Positions 1 to 9,942 of a DNA stretch of 64,000 nucleotides are shown one piece after another. Below the pieces are notes generated by a model, which was given only the letters and a program-made list of their open reading frames with translations, ran no database searches and was not told the DNA's origin. The number at the start of each line of letters is the position of its first letter. Positions within the stretch are counted from its first letter, which is position 1. This stretch comes from a virus. The stretch lies in IMG/VR virus record IMGVR_UViG_3300032164_000001; one strand, written 5' to 3'. The position numbers were made by a program, and so were the translations under genes.

Positions 1-2
1 AC

Positions 3-788
3 GTGAAGGCCAAGATTCGTCGGCTGTCCGATGGCCTGTACTACGACTGGACAGACAACCGGTTCAAGGCCGGAGTCAGTGTTGCAAAACTGATGGAGGC
101 GCTGTCCGAGGTGTCATCCATCTACTTCAAGGGCGAGTACATCCTGAACACAGTCGATCATCCCATGGGGTGGGACACAGCGAAGATCGCCAACGTCAAC
201 GCTGATGATGTTTATCACGTCACGGTGGACCAAGACGGTGCACGGACGGCCGGCAATCTCCCACAGATCGGGGAAATCAAGGCCGGCCGTTGGGTCGACA
301 TGTTGAATGCGCAAGTCTCTACACGTGCAACACCCGACGATGTGGAGACACGGGCGACGACAGTGATCCGTGACTTCGGCCTCGACCACCTCGTGTCGGT
401 CAACCCCGGCATTGTGCCCCCAGCGGCCAACACGTACATCAGGCAGATCCTGGACAAAGAGAACCAGATACTGGCTGGTAGTAACTCTTGCAACGTGAAA
501 CAGAGCTTTGCCTACGATCCAGCACTTGACCTCATCACTGGCCAGCTCTGGGTCGAGAAGAACAACCGTGTCAACGACGACACGATCTCCATGACCATGA
601 GTTGGTATGACGAGGATGGAAACTTCGTCTTCAGCGCGGCTGGCGTGCCCGACCTGCAGGGTGTCTACAAGGTGAGCAAGACCACTCCTGGTCTGGTGCG
701 CAACCGGTCCTATTACACGGTTGTCACTGCCAACTTGCCGGAGATCGGCACCGTCACCAGTGCCAAGGGCACATTCACGGTGGGTTGA
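3..788 (+). CDS. Putative virion/tail-associated protein, possibly 5'-truncated
   Basis: 261-aa beta-rich ORF at the window edge, upstream of baseplate-like and membrane genes. Called from context only. Confidence 0.35.
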   Translation: MKAKIRRLSDGLYYDWTDNRFKAGVSVAKLMEALSEVSSIYFKGEYILNTVDHPMGWDTAKIANVNADDVYHVTVDQDGARTAGNLPQIGEIKAGRWVDMLNAQVSTRATPDDVETRATTVIRDFGLDHLVSVNPGIVPPAANTYIRQILDKENQILAGSNSCNVKQSFAYDPALDLITGQLWVEKNNRVNDDTISMTMSWYDEDGNFVFSAAGVPDLQGVYKVSKTTPGLVRNRSYYTVVTANLPEIGTVTSAKGTFTVG

Positions 789-801
789 CGAGAACGAACT
801 G

Positions 802-1308
802 ATGTACTTGATGACCTACAGCAGTGACGTCTCCCAGGGCCTACACATGGCCGGAAGTGCCTACGTACCAGATTCGATGATCACCACTTCCGATGTGGAA
901 GTGCAGCAACTGTATGTGCAGGTCTACGTAGCCGTCTACTACGACGCCTGCAGAAAGCTCATCGTCGGCCCTGATGCACGGCTGCTCATCGAGATCTTAC
1001 CCGACATGCTGATGGCGTTGCGGATCGATCCTGACGTCGTTCAGCACCTGTTCGACAGTGGCTACGCTTCGACCGAGCTGGCCATCGGACCAGACGCCTT
1101 CGCCAGAGTGGAGCTCAGCCTGACGGAACGTGGCCTGAGAGTGGGTCCACAAGCAGAGGCTCAAATCCAGATCATGCCGGATGGATCGGCGCAAATAAGT
1201 ATTTCACCCGACTGTCTTGTCAAGCTACAATCTGGCGGAGGCGGCAAAGTGTTGCAGGTCGGACCGGATGCAATAGCCAAACTCATCATCGACGTCTGTG
1301 GAGACTGA
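802..1308 (+). CDS. Hypothetical protein with repeated (V/I)GPDA-like beta motifs
   Basis: ATG 802 is in frame with ORF 721..1308; VGPDA/IGPDA/VGPQA/ISPDC recur. Confidence 0.5.
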   Translation: MYLMTYSSDVSQGLHMAGSAYVPDSMITTSDVEVQQLYVQVYVAVYYDACRKLIVGPDARLLIEILPDMLMALRIDPDVVQHLFDSGYASTELAIGPDAFARVELSLTERGLRVGPQAEAQIQIMPDGSAQISISPDCLVKLQSGGGGKVLQVGPDAIAKLIIDVCGD

Positions 1309-1309
1309 C

Positions 1310-1708
1310 ATGAGCGCACAGTACGACATCACGGCGGATTATCTGATAAAGTCCGGGTTCCGACCGATTCATGCTGGGGATGACTACGATCACTTCTTCA
1401 CCGTGGAGAGACCACCGGGTACGGCGCTGTCACTCGCATTGGCCAAGATCTGGTTCACCATCAAGGAGGACGCCGTCGACTCTGATGCCGAGGCCAAGCT
1501 CCAGTACACAACAGACAGCGCGGACGAGATCGAGATCACGGCTCCTGCCACCGGTGCATTCACTATTCATCTGGCAGCAGCCGATACAGAGAATCTGGCC
1601 GGAACCTGGCAGTACGACGTACAGGTCAAGTTGAGCACAGCGAAGATCATCACCATCGCTCGAGGGTTCATCGAGTTCCTGCCGCACATCACGTACGCCA
1701 GGAGCTGA
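1310..1708 (+). CDS. BppU-N-like (baseplate upper protein N-terminal-like) Ig-fold tail accessory protein
   Basis: Pattern AGDD...FTIK...G.FTIHL...DT..L.G...YDVQV...TIARG.I is typical of this phage family. Confidence 0.55.
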   Translation: MSAQYDITADYLIKSGFRPIHAGDDYDHFFTVERPPGTALSLALAKIWFTIKEDAVDSDAEAKLQYTTDSADEIEITAPATGAFTIHLAAADTENLAGTWQYDVQVKLSTAKIITIARGFIEFLPHITYARS

Positions 1709-1735
1709 ATTCGTTTCTTCGAAAAGGAGAAAACC

Positions 1736-2263
1736 ATGAGAGCAAGAAACGCAGTGGCAGTGCTGACAACAGTGTGGTTCATCACGGCAGTTGCCCTCGC
1801 TCAGGAGAAGAAAGAAGCGGTGAAGGCTGTACCGGTGAAGACGACAGTGAAGGCTCCGGCAAAAACTGACCCGGCGATTCCAACTGCCCCGGTTGCCGTA
1901 AAGGAAGCGGTGACGGTGAAGACTCCAACCACACAGCCTGTGTCCTCCGACGACGCAGGTGGCATCCTGGGAGCGATCCTCGCTGCAGCGAAAGGAGGCA
2001 AGTGGGCCTTGATGGTTGGATTCATCGTGATGCTCCTCACGTGGCTCGTTAACAAGATTCTCCGAGGGAAGATCCCTTCAGCGGTGATGCCATGGTTAGC
2101 TATCGGCCTGTCAATGATCGCAGCGGTCGCGTTCTCACTGAGTACGGGAGCTGGATGGCTGAACGCGTTCATCGTCGGAGTGCAATCCGGTTTGATCGCG
2201 GCCGGCAGCTGGAGTGCCTTCGGCAAGTACCTACCGGTGATTGGCAAACCGGAGGTGAAATAA
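1736..2263 (+). CDS. Membrane protein, holin-like
   Basis: RBS AAGGAG, signal-like N-terminus, Pro/Thr/Lys linker, 3-4 hydrophobic helices. Confidence 0.45.
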   Translation: MRARNAVAVLTTVWFITAVALAQEKKEAVKAVPVKTTVKAPAKTDPAIPTAPVAVKEAVTVKTPTTQPVSSDDAGGILGAILAAAKGGKWALMVGFIVMLLTWLVNKILRGKIPSAVMPWLAIGLSMIAAVAFSLSTGAGWLNAFIVGVQSGLIAAGSWSAFGKYLPVIGKPEVK

Positions 2264-2265
2264 AC

Positions 2266-2601
2266 ATGTCATGGTGGCGACAGAACTGGCGAATCGGCGT
2301 CGGACTCATCGCCGCCGGTCTCGGCTGCATTGTAGTGCTCGTGCTCTGGATCATGAAACGAGGAAAGGAGGCCGAGGAGCTCCGTGCAAAGCTCGCCATG
2401 ATGAACACCACCTTGAAGGTAGCAGGCCTGGAGGCCGACAAGAAGGCTCGAGGCAAGGAGCTTGAACAGAACAGCGTGGAGTCTGTCAAGCTCGACGCCA
2501 GGATCGTACAGGCCAAGAAGGACACCGTGGCCAAGGTACAATCGGTCAAGGAGATGTCAGATGCTGAAGTCATCGAGGCGTTCAAGAAACTCGGCTACTG
2601 A
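2266..2601 (+). CDS. Single-TM coiled-coil protein (i-spanin-like)
   Basis: GGAGG RBS; N-terminal TM (IGVGLIAAGLGCIVVLVLWIM) followed by a charged coiled coil. Confidence 0.45.
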   Translation: MSWWRQNWRIGVGLIAAGLGCIVVLVLWIMKRGKEAEELRAKLAMMNTTLKVAGLEADKKARGKELEQNSVESVKLDARIVQAKKDTVAKVQSVKEMSDAEVIEAFKKLGY

Positions 2602-3028
2602 AGTGCTGATCGTTACTGCATTACTCTGCCTGAGCGCACCGGTTTGGGCGCAGACCGAAGCGCCTGCAGCTCCTCTTGGCTCACAGCCCTACACGTTGCA
2701 TGGTGTGGACGGCTTGTGGTTTCCCATGACGTCGGCTCGCAAGCTGCTCACGGATGTGTTGAAGGGCTCAGAGATGGAGCAGACGCTGAAGCTGATCGAG
2801 CAGCGCCTACAGTTCGAGAAGGACCGCAGCGAGCTCCTGAACCGCAACGTGAAGACCATCGAGCAGATCGCTGTCCAGTGGAAGGGCACCGCCGAGGCGC
2901 AAGCCAAGCAACTAGCCACAGCAATCCCATGGTGGAGGCACCCCTACCTCTGGACAGCCGTCGGATTCGTCGTCGGAACCGGCGTGACCGTCGGCCTCAC
3001 CTTCGCGGCCCAACGGGCCACGAATTAA
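2561..3028 (+). CDS. Signal peptide + coiled coil + C-terminal TM protein (lysis-cassette candidate)
   Basis: Overlaps the previous gene; VWA|Q signal cleavage site; C-terminal WWRHPYLW followed by a TM segment. Confidence 0.4.
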   Translation: MLKSSRRSRNSATEVLIVTALLCLSAPVWAQTEAPAAPLGSQPYTLHGVDGLWFPMTSARKLLTDVLKGSEMEQTLKLIEQRLQFEKDRSELLNRNVKTIEQIAVQWKGTAEAQAKQLATAIPWWRHPYLWTAVGFVVGTGVTVGLTFAAQRATN

Positions 3029-3032
3029 GAGC

Positions 3033-3130
3033 ACTCTTCCTTCAATCCACTTCTCTCTTCTCCCTTCTCTTCCTCCTTCTCCCTTCTCTTCCTCCTTCTC
3101 CCTTCTCTTCCTACTTCTCCTTCCTCTTCT
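3033..3130. repeat. Polypyrimidine/polypurine low-complexity tract
   Basis: About 100 nt almost entirely C/T on +, between convergent gene blocks. Confidence 0.9.
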
Positions 3131-3159
3131 AGGAATAGCCGTTTCCCCGCATAATTGTC

Positions 3160-3230
3160 TTGACAGTTCCACATTGCATAATATAGAATGACGGGTGGTT
3201 GGGGTGGGTTAAGGTTTGTATATAGGGGGT
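3160..3230 (+). promoter_or_regulatory. Repeat A copy 1: sigma70-like promoter + conserved G-rich leader
   Basis: TTGACA-18-TAGAAT then GGGTGGTTGGGGTGGGTTAAGGTTTGTATATAGGGGG. Confidence 0.8.
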
Positions 3231-3270
3231 TGTTAAATGAATCCAAGAGCTTGCGTCAGCACTGAATCAT

Positions 3271-3519
3271 CTAGTAATAGTTTTTGACTTCGGAGACGGC
3301 TTGAACGGTCTGGAGATCTACGTAGACTGGCGTCGAGCGATGAGCGAACTTGTCGCTGTCGAGAATGAGAAGCCCGTCGTCGTCCAATCGGTTGAAGAAA
3401 CCGACGATCACGTGCTGGGCCATCAGAGTCAACTTGATCTCAGTGCCAGGTCGCAGACCGATTTTCCGAAAGAGCTCAGCAGTCATTTGCCCCACTCCGG
3501 GCAGTTCTTCATCACCCAC
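3271..3519 (-). CDS. Small protein, possible Sm/Hfq-like fold
   Basis: IKLTL..HVIVGFF..LDDDGLLIL...YVDL..VQAV resembles the Sm1/Sm2 beta pattern; weak. Confidence 0.3.
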   Translation of the reverse strand: MGDEELPGVGQMTAELFRKIGLRPGTEIKLTLMAQHVIVGFFNRLDDDGLLILDSDKFAHRSTPVYVDLQTVQAVSEVKNYY

Positions 3520-3914
3520 TCGGCCGGGTCGCTCACGATGACCTTCGCAGCCAGATAGCAGGTCCAGACCTCGTAGTCGCGAATCACGACCTCGCAGAGC
3601 GCTTTGGCCGCTTGCCGCATGGCCTCCGTTGGCTCCGTTCGCTCACCCTCCGGGTCGCCGTACTCCTCGTCGAGATACTCCAGGGCCTGCTCGAGAATGA
3701 GCTCCGGTTCGAGATCGGAGATAGAGAGCGCTCTGCTTCGCATGGCCACGAGCTCAAGCGTGGCCGGAAGGGAATCACATGCATCAAGAGCGGCCTCGAT
3801 GGCTTCCTCCAGCTCGGTGTGAGAGTAGCGTTCCTCGTCCGGAGGACCCCAGTAGCAGTCGGAGAACTCCTCCAGGTCAGCCTTGGTCATGTCGTTGTAT
3901 GAAAAAGTCTTCAT
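3483..3914 (-). CDS. Acidic hypothetical phage protein
   Basis: 143-aa ORF with GAGGAG RBS. Confidence 0.6.
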   Translation of the reverse strand: MKTFSYNDMTKADLEEFSDCYWGPPDEERYSHTELEEAIEAALDACDSLPATLELVAMRSRALSISDLEPELILEQALEYLDEEYGDPEGERTEPTEAMRQAAKALCEVVIRDYEVWTCYLAAKVIVSDPAEWVMKNCPEWGK

Positions 3915-4287
3915 CGGTCGACTCCTCTATGGCGTATGTCTATACGAAGAACTTCCTTGGCTTCATAACATGTGGCAAACGGTCCGTGTAGCATTTGGCC
4001 GTCAAAGAAATACCATCCAGGCAGATCGTATCCTAGAGCTTGCCACGAAGCCAAATCCGTCATCGTCAGGCTATCGCTAAGAATGAACACTGTATTGTCA
4101 TGCAGTCCTAGCTCCTGTCTCGTCATGTGCATACTTCACCCATTTCTCCTGCGTTCACCCTCGGACCTGCCGGTGTCTTCTTTGCGCCGATCGTAGCACT
4201 TGCTGCAATACGGCACGAGGACCAGCTTGGTGGGATGCACATCGAGGTAGTGCTTCGTGTTCTCCTTGCAGGTAAGGCAGTATTTGA

Positions 4288-5085
4288 TCACGACAGCAGG
4301 TGACCGGAATGCGAGTGTAGGTCCTCAAGAATGACCGGGATGGTTTTTTGGAAGTACTCAAACACTTGTTTTGCAAGTAGCTTGATCTCCCATTGCGCGT
4401 GCTCGTCCATGCGCATCTTGAAGAAGTGTCTCCACTCTCGAAGATTGAAAGTGGTGTACACTTCCGTCTTGGTTGCATTTGGCAGAATGCTTCGTGCATC
4501 CTCTGCCGGAGTTCCCATTTCTCTCAATTGTTGGTATGTGCGATACGCACTAATGGCATCCAGTAGCATCACGCCAAGCGGAGATCGAATGTTTACACCC
4601 TCAGCCAACTTGCCCGGAGGTGCGATAACCAGCCTTTCACATACGACACCTTCGTCGGCTACATCTATTTCGCTTGGTGCGAGGAAGACAGAACTGCCCG
4701 CAGGAACATGACCAATCGTTGGTGGAACAATCACCTTTAGACTACAGTCTGCGCTATCACCGGAGTAGTCACAAAATCTTTGTGATTCTTGCGTATAGGC
4801 TGCAATCCTATGCCTGACTAGTTGATGGGACATGGAGCGCGAGCCAACGAAACACACGGTGAAAGAAGCATGCTCCAGAATGCTATCGTGGCCCCATTGA
4901 ATGGCCACCTTTCGTATGAAAGGTTCTGCACTGCCAGACTTGATGCGTCCTTCGCTCTTGTGTGAAACACGCCCGCATTCCTCAATCAACAGTAATGCAC
5001 GGCTCGCCCACTCCGGATCAATTCGTGGCGTGATCAATTCCACATGCGGTTCCACTATCTGTAGCTTCTCCATTATGTCCTCCAT
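4288..5085 (-). CDS. thyX: FAD-dependent thymidylate synthase
   Basis: GHDSILEHA, SRSMSHQLVRHR...YTQESQRF (RHRx7S motif), EDARSILPN, NLREWRHF, AQWEI. Confidence 0.95.
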   Translation of the reverse strand: MEDIMEKLQIVEPHVELITPRIDPEWASRALLLIEECGRVSHKSEGRIKSGSAEPFIRKVAIQWGHDSILEHASFTVCFVGSRSMSHQLVRHRIAAYTQESQRFCDYSGDSADCSLKVIVPPTIGHVPAGSSVFLAPSEIDVADEGVVCERLVIAPPGKLAEGVNIRSPLGVMLLDAISAYRTYQQLREMGTPAEDARSILPNATKTEVYTTFNLREWRHFFKMRMDEHAQWEIKLLAKQVFEYFQKTIPVILEDLHSHSGHLLS

Positions 5086-5614
5086 TCACGTTGTTATCTA
5101 CTGCTGGCCTGGCACCAGATGCGCAAGCAAAATGCATGATGTTTTCGGCATTCTTGAAGAAGGCCGGACCGCTGCCGCCCCAGTCGCATGAGACAACACA
5201 GCCACTGGACTCATGCCATGAGAACCGCTTGCCGCAGACAGTGCATCTGGAGAACAGCCAGCGCTTCGCCTGCTGCAGTGGATGAACCTGTATCTTCCAG
5301 TGATGGACGTGCCACTTGGGGTGCCTCCACCACGGGCGGCCGAGCTTATCGCGCCACTGCCACCAAACGAACTTGACAGCCTCCTGCGCTTCGGGGGAAA
5401 GCATTTTCAGCTCGTCGACAATCCCTGGCCACCAGCCGTTCTGCTTGGTCAGCCTTGCGCCAAACCAGTCGCAGGAGTCATCGGAACCATCTGTCTCCGG
5501 ATCGACATGCCAGATGGTAATCCAGCTCGGCCAATACCATTTCTTGTTCGCCCAATTTCTCCGCTCAGGCCATGGGCGGCGAATCTCGAAGGCGACGGTC
5601 ATCGGATCATGCAT
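5018..5614 (-). CDS. Trp-rich hypothetical phage protein with a CxxC motif
   Basis: MHDPMTVAFEI...ITIWHVDPETDGSDDSC...RCTVCGKRF. Confidence 0.6.
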   Translation of the reverse strand: MHDPMTVAFEIRRPWPERRNWANKKWYWPSWITIWHVDPETDGSDDSCDWFGARLTKQNGWWPGIVDELKMLSPEAQEAVKFVWWQWRDKLGRPWWRHPKWHVHHWKIQVHPLQQAKRWLFSRCTVCGKRFSWHESSGCVVSCDWGGSGPAFFKNAENIMHFACASGARPAVDNNVNGGHNGEATDSGTACGIDHATN

Positions 5615-5631
5615 TGGAGGTTCATTCCTCT

Positions 5632-6147
5632 TCAGGTCGTGAGTATCGCGACACCGGTGAGGCGCCAGACGAAGTGTCGTAGGAAATGCAACACGTGGGA
5701 TGCCCCTGAGGAGAGAAAGAGCAGACGGACCCTGGACAGCCCACGTGGCCGTCCCAGCCGCTTCCAGAGCTCCCAGGACAAGTCGGTGATGGCTCGATAG
5801 CGCCAGCCGGTAGGCAGCCTGGGGCCCGTGTAAACACTCCACCGCGCGTCATTGTACGCCCCCTTGAGCTTTCCCCGGTAGATGCCAAATGGTCCAGCGT
5901 CTCGCACTGAGGTCAGTACACAACGCGCCGTGTCGTAAGTGCAGACGACAACCCGTCGGCCACAACCGACTCGCTTCCAGCCACGATAGGCGATGTGAGA
6001 TTGCTCCTTGGTGAACAGGCCACCGCAAGCCAATTCCTCACCGCTACGGCCATCATTCACTCGATAGGCCGATAGGGCGCCGGAATCCTGTGAGGAGGAG
6101 AATAGAGATATAGCACCCATTGCTATCTTGAACAATTCCAACGGCAT
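5632..6147 (-). CDS. RlpA-like double-psi beta-barrel (lytic transglycosylase-like)
   Basis: LACGG.F...IAYR...CGRRVVV...V.VRDAGPFG...ITDLS..L...LG. Confidence 0.65.
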   Translation of the reverse strand: MPLELFKIAMGAISLFSSSQDSGALSAYRVNDGRSGEELACGGLFTKEQSHIAYRGWKRVGCGRRVVVCTYDTARCVLTSVRDAGPFGIYRGKLKGAYNDARWSVYTGPRLPTGWRYRAITDLSWELWKRLGRPRGLSRVRLLFLSSGASHVLHFLRHFVWRLTGVAILTT

Positions 6148-6156
6148 GCAAGCTCT

Positions 6157-6750
6157 TCAGCGTGTCAGTTCCTCCACGATCGCCGCAACGCGCTCTGCAA
6201 GCTCATGGAGCTCACAGTCATTCTGGATTCTGAAATCCCATCCGGTGAAATGGTCAAGTGCCGTCTCCGAGGGATGCTCCAGCGCTCGTGGATCGGCCTT
6301 GAACTCTTCCGGTAGCAACTCGACTGGCCGTTCGACCAGGATGAGGCACCCGCCAAGACGCCGTATGCAGTCCACCTCGTTCGGAAAGCGTACATCGGTG
6401 ATGATAATATCGGTATTTGGCGCCATTGTAGCCCGTCGTTCCAAGGTGCGAGCCCAGATGTCAGGGCCGAACGTATGCCGCATGGCCTCGGTGCCAGCCA
6501 GTTGCAGGATGCGCCGTGGGGTGAGCTTCCAGAATGGATCTTCGATGAGCTTTTGATCACCATACAGCTGCGCGTCGCTGAGTAGGAACACGCCCCCGCC
6601 GATCCCATCTTTCAATGAATGAGCAAAGCTGTCGAGTCGGCTGTAGCGCCACTTCCGTTGAAGAACGGCCATCACGAGGCCAGCGCAGGTGTCTTTTCCA
6701 TGCCCAGCCTTGCCGCCGAAACCAATCACAAGGCGCTGTTGTAATTCCAT
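6157..6750 (-). CDS. Deoxynucleoside monophosphate kinase (T4 gp1-like)
   Basis: P-loop GKAGHGKDT, FAHSLK, TPRRILQLAGTE, IITDVRFPNE, HPSE. Confidence 0.9.
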   Translation of the reverse strand: MELQQRLVIGFGGKAGHGKDTCAGLVMAVLQRKWRYSRLDSFAHSLKDGIGGGVFLLSDAQLYGDQKLIEDPFWKLTPRRILQLAGTEAMRHTFGPDIWARTLERRATMAPNTDIIITDVRFPNEVDCIRRLGGCLILVERPVELLPEEFKADPRALEHPSETALDHFTGWDFRIQNDCELHELAERVAAIVEELTR

Positions 6751-7322
6751 TTATCCTATTGGCTTTCCTTGTGTTGGCATGTGCGTCGGTTTCACAGGTT
6801 CCGCGGGTTCCACAGGCTCCAGAACCCACTGTTCATTCGGATCGGAGACAAAGCAGGCCCCACCGCCGCCCGCAAAGACAACCCAGCCATTGGGGACACG
6901 CAGACGGTACACACCGATCCACGCTCCGCCACCCACGGACTCAACTTCTCGCGGAAAGACGGTCAGACTGCGATAGGGCCCCTGAGCCCCGGTGCCGCCC
7001 GATGGCGGCTTGACCTTCGTCGGATCGATTGCTGATCCCTCTGGTTGATATCTCTCATTCATTCTTTCACTCCGATGAAAACTATTCTGAACTGTGTCGA
7101 GAGCCGTCCTTACCTAAGATTCCTTGTTGACTAGGGCAACGACCGACCCTTCCTGCAAACCCTGTTTTGCCCGCGTGGCATCGAAGTCCTGCTCCAGCCA
7201 CATCCACTTCCGCAGCTCTGCCAGTCTTGCTTCAAGCTTGTTCCACTCATTCACGAGCCTGCACTCCTCGGCTCGCATCTGTTCCAACAGCGTAGCCATT
7301 GCTTCCTCCTGGTGGTCCTCGC

Positions 7323-7592
7323 CTAAGGAGCTGATGGGATGTCGAGAATGACCGTGCCTTTGTCCTTGGTGTCGACGTAGACCCTTCCACCAGCCTTCAC
7401 ATGGGCCATAAGCTCGGCCACCTTTCGCACGGCGTATCGGACTGCCTCAGAGACGGTTGTTGCGCGGATGCCCTTGCGCACGGTGGAGGTCTCCTTCTCT
7501 GTGGCCTTGTCAAACATGAACGTTCTTCGTCGATAACGAGGCTCCGGCTTGGCCACGCCGGGCTTGCGCCTGAGTACTGGTCCCTTGTTCAT
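7323..7592 (-). CDS. Ribbon-helix-helix-like DNA-binding protein
   Basis: RRTFMF strand followed by helices (TVSEAVRYAV); divergent from the promoter at 7672. Confidence 0.45.
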   Translation of the reverse strand: MNKGPVLRRKPGVAKPEPRYRRRTFMFDKATEKETSTVRKGIRATTVSEAVRYAVRKVAELMAHVKAGGRVYVDTKDKGTVILDIPSAP

Positions 7593-7671
7593 GGTTGAGC
7601 AGTCTAGTGTATGATTTTACTCGAGTCAAGTGAGAATTACATTTTTGTCGAGAAAAAGGCACAGAATCTTC

Positions 7672-7700
7672 TTGACAGGCCAGAGCGCATGTTCTATAAC
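7672..7700 (+). promoter_or_regulatory. Sigma70-like promoter
   Basis: TTGACA-17-TATAAC; TAAGGAGGT RBS before ATG 7766. Confidence 0.75.
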
Positions 7701-7710
7701 TAAGAACAAC

Positions 7711-7738
7711 GCCCGTGCAGAGGCAGTGTATCTGCAAC
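7711..7738 (+). repeat. Repeat C copy (GCCCGTGCAGAGGCRNNGTATNTRCAAC)
   Basis: Other copies at 8582, 20049, 25424, 25459 (partial) and 27817. Confidence 0.85.
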
Positions 7739-7765
7739 TATAACTAAGGAGGTGAGAAGAAACCC

Positions 7766-8173
7766 ATGAGCAGTCTGCCGGCACCGCAAAACGTACCAAT
7801 GGAATTTCCAAAACCTCCGTCTCCCGCTGATCCTGCATGCAACAACAGGGAACTGCGCAGGCGTCGAGGACTGCCAAATCGGATCCCGAAACGCATGGAG
7901 GAGCATTGCCCCAGACCCGACTACGTGCAGTACATGGAGCAGCTGGGACCAAGGCCTGGCGAGAGCCTACTGGCTTTCCGCAAGCGCATGCTCATGATCA
8001 TAGGCCTTCGTGCACTGTGGGCAGAGTATTGGCATCGCTGCGACGGGAACCAGAGGGCCGTTGCCAGAGCGTTGGGCATCGGGTACAACCACGTGAAGAA
8101 GGAACTGGAGGCCATCGGACTCACCAGAGAGATACTGAACGACCACCTCGCAGGGAAAGTGAAGCTCGCATGA
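7766..8173 (+). CDS. HTH (Fis-like) DNA-binding protein
   Basis: DGNQRAVARALGIGYNHVKKEL. Confidence 0.6.
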   Translation: MSSLPAPQNVPMEFPKPPSPADPACNNRELRRRRGLPNRIPKRMEEHCPRPDYVQYMEQLGPRPGESLLAFRKRMLMIIGLRALWAEYWHRCDGNQRAVARALGIGYNHVKKELEAIGLTREILNDHLAGKVKLA

Positions 8174-8439
8174 GCAAAGGAAAGTACATCTCGATTCGTG
8201 GAACGTCGTATGACAAGCTACGCGACTATGCCAAGTCCGTAGGTGGGACAATGGCCGAGATCGTGGACGCGCTGTGTCTCAAGTTTCTGAAACGTTCGAA
8301 TACTCCCACGCCGAGGGTTGGTGGAACAGTGGCGAAGCCGGAGCAGCCCAATGCGATGCCCGGTGCAAGGGCGGAAGACACTGGTGAGATACGCATCAGG
8401 CTGAGCAAAGAACAAGAGGCGAAGAAGATACGGTTCTAA
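8170..8439 (+). CDS. RHH-like small DNA-binding protein
   Basis: KYISIRGTSYDKLRDYAK...TMAEIVDAL; ATGA overlap with the previous gene. Confidence 0.5.
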   Translation: MSKGKYISIRGTSYDKLRDYAKSVGGTMAEIVDALCLKFLKRSNTPTPRVGGTVAKPEQPNAMPGARAEDTGEIRIRLSKEQEAKKIRF

Positions 8440-8602
8440 ACAATGCAAAACAAAAACACCATAGGCAGTATCGCAACTCATATCGCCAAACTCGAATCAG
8501 ACAGGCGCTACCTGCTCCTGCTGGTCGTGCTACTTGGCCTTACCGAGTGCGCCACCCTCATCGCCTACTTCATTCGCTAACGCCCGTGCAGAGGCATCGT
8601 AT

Positions 8603-9427
8603 ATGCAACCAAAGGCAGACCTGCTGATCGTCAAGTCCGACTGCATTCGAGCACTGAAGGCACTGGAAGACGACAGGGTGTCATTGACCATTAGTGATCC
8701 ACCCTATCAGTCATTGGAGCGTCATCGCGCTGTCGGCACCACGACAAGACTAAAAGAAAGCAAGGCGTCATCGAATCCGTGGTTCGAGGTCTTCAAGAAC
8801 ACGCGCTACTTCTCTCTGTTCGACGAGCTCTATCGTGTGCATTGCAAGAACACACACTGCTACATCTTCTGCGACTCCGAGACAGAGCACGTGATTCTTA
8901 GTGGTAGAAATCCTTACGACAAGAAACTGGACGACGAGCTGCTGGCCGTCAGGTTCGAAGGTACCGATACGGATCGAGAAGGAGAGCCAAAGGGGCTATG
9001 GCGAGCCTGGCCTCCACTGCTCTGGATCAAGACGAAGCAAGAGGACATAGAGCTCGAGAAAGTGTCCGAGCAACACTTGCAATTGGGTATGGGATATCAT
9101 TGGCGAAGATGCGAAGAACGACTACTCTTCCTGGAGAAGGGGAAGCGCAAGTTGAACAACCTCGGATGGCCCAATGTACTATTCGGAAGCCGGGCAGGGA
9201 AGAACGACCCGCCGACGAAGAAGCCGGATGGCGTCATTACCAGGTTGATTCTGAACTCCTCTTCGGTGGGTGATGTAGTACTCGATCCCTTTGCCGGCTC
9301 GGGTATCGTGGGTCGGGTGGCCCTACGTCATGGTCGACGGGCGATTCTGATTGACATCAACTTAGATAATATGCGATGGAAGGAGTGGCCCGAAGTGCTC
9401 AACAAGTATGTGGAGCAGGTTGGATAG
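8603..9427 (+). CDS. Orphan N4-C/N6-A DNA methyltransferase (beta class)
   Basis: SDPPY catalytic motif precedes VVLDPFAGSG SAM-binding motif; PTKKP. Confidence 0.9.
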   Translation: MQPKADLLIVKSDCIRALKALEDDRVSLTISDPPYQSLERHRAVGTTTRLKESKASSNPWFEVFKNTRYFSLFDELYRVHCKNTHCYIFCDSETEHVILSGRNPYDKKLDDELLAVRFEGTDTDREGEPKGLWRAWPPLLWIKTKQEDIELEKVSEQHLQLGMGYHWRRCEERLLFLEKGKRKLNNLGWPNVLFGSRAGKNDPPTKKPDGVITRLILNSSSVGDVVLDPFAGSGIVGRVALRHGRRAILIDINLDNMRWKEWPEVLNKYVEQVG

Positions 9428-9942
9428 TGACAACTTCGGCTGAGCGAGCGCTGCAGGAAGAAGTCGCCTCTCTGCTGCACACCTACCGGGTCGTGGCCAT
9501 GCGAACCGTTATGCAGCGCATGCAGCCGTTGCTCACCCCAAGAGTAACCGGAAAGAAGACAACGGAGTGGGAAGCATTCGACGAGCTGCTACTGCTCTCA
9601 AGCAAGAAGTGGGAGTGCTTGACTTCAAACGAGGCCTTCCTTGTCAAAGAACAAGCAGGCGAAGTGCTGACTCTACTACATGACTTATGGGGGTAAATGA
9701 TGGACCTACCAACCTGTCAATCCGTCGCTGGCATAGAAGAGCGCAAGCGCCTAATGGACGGAATGCTGATTCTGTGTCAACAGATGCAGGCCTGTCCCAC
9801 CTGCGCCATGATCGCCAGTCTCTACGTGGCGGCCCAGGCGGGCCGAGTCGGCAGCAATGTATCCGAGGAGGCATTCCTGCGCTTCTGCAAAGAGGTCTGG
9901 GACGACCTGAACAAACAACTTGGTGGGAAGCTGGTGCTTTGA

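Noticed and set aside
2561-3028. Canonical o-spanin
   Set aside because: No lipobox at the cleavage site, and it has a C-terminal TM segment.
8603-9427. Restriction-modification system
   Set aside because: No recognisable endonuclease nearby; treated as an orphan MTase.
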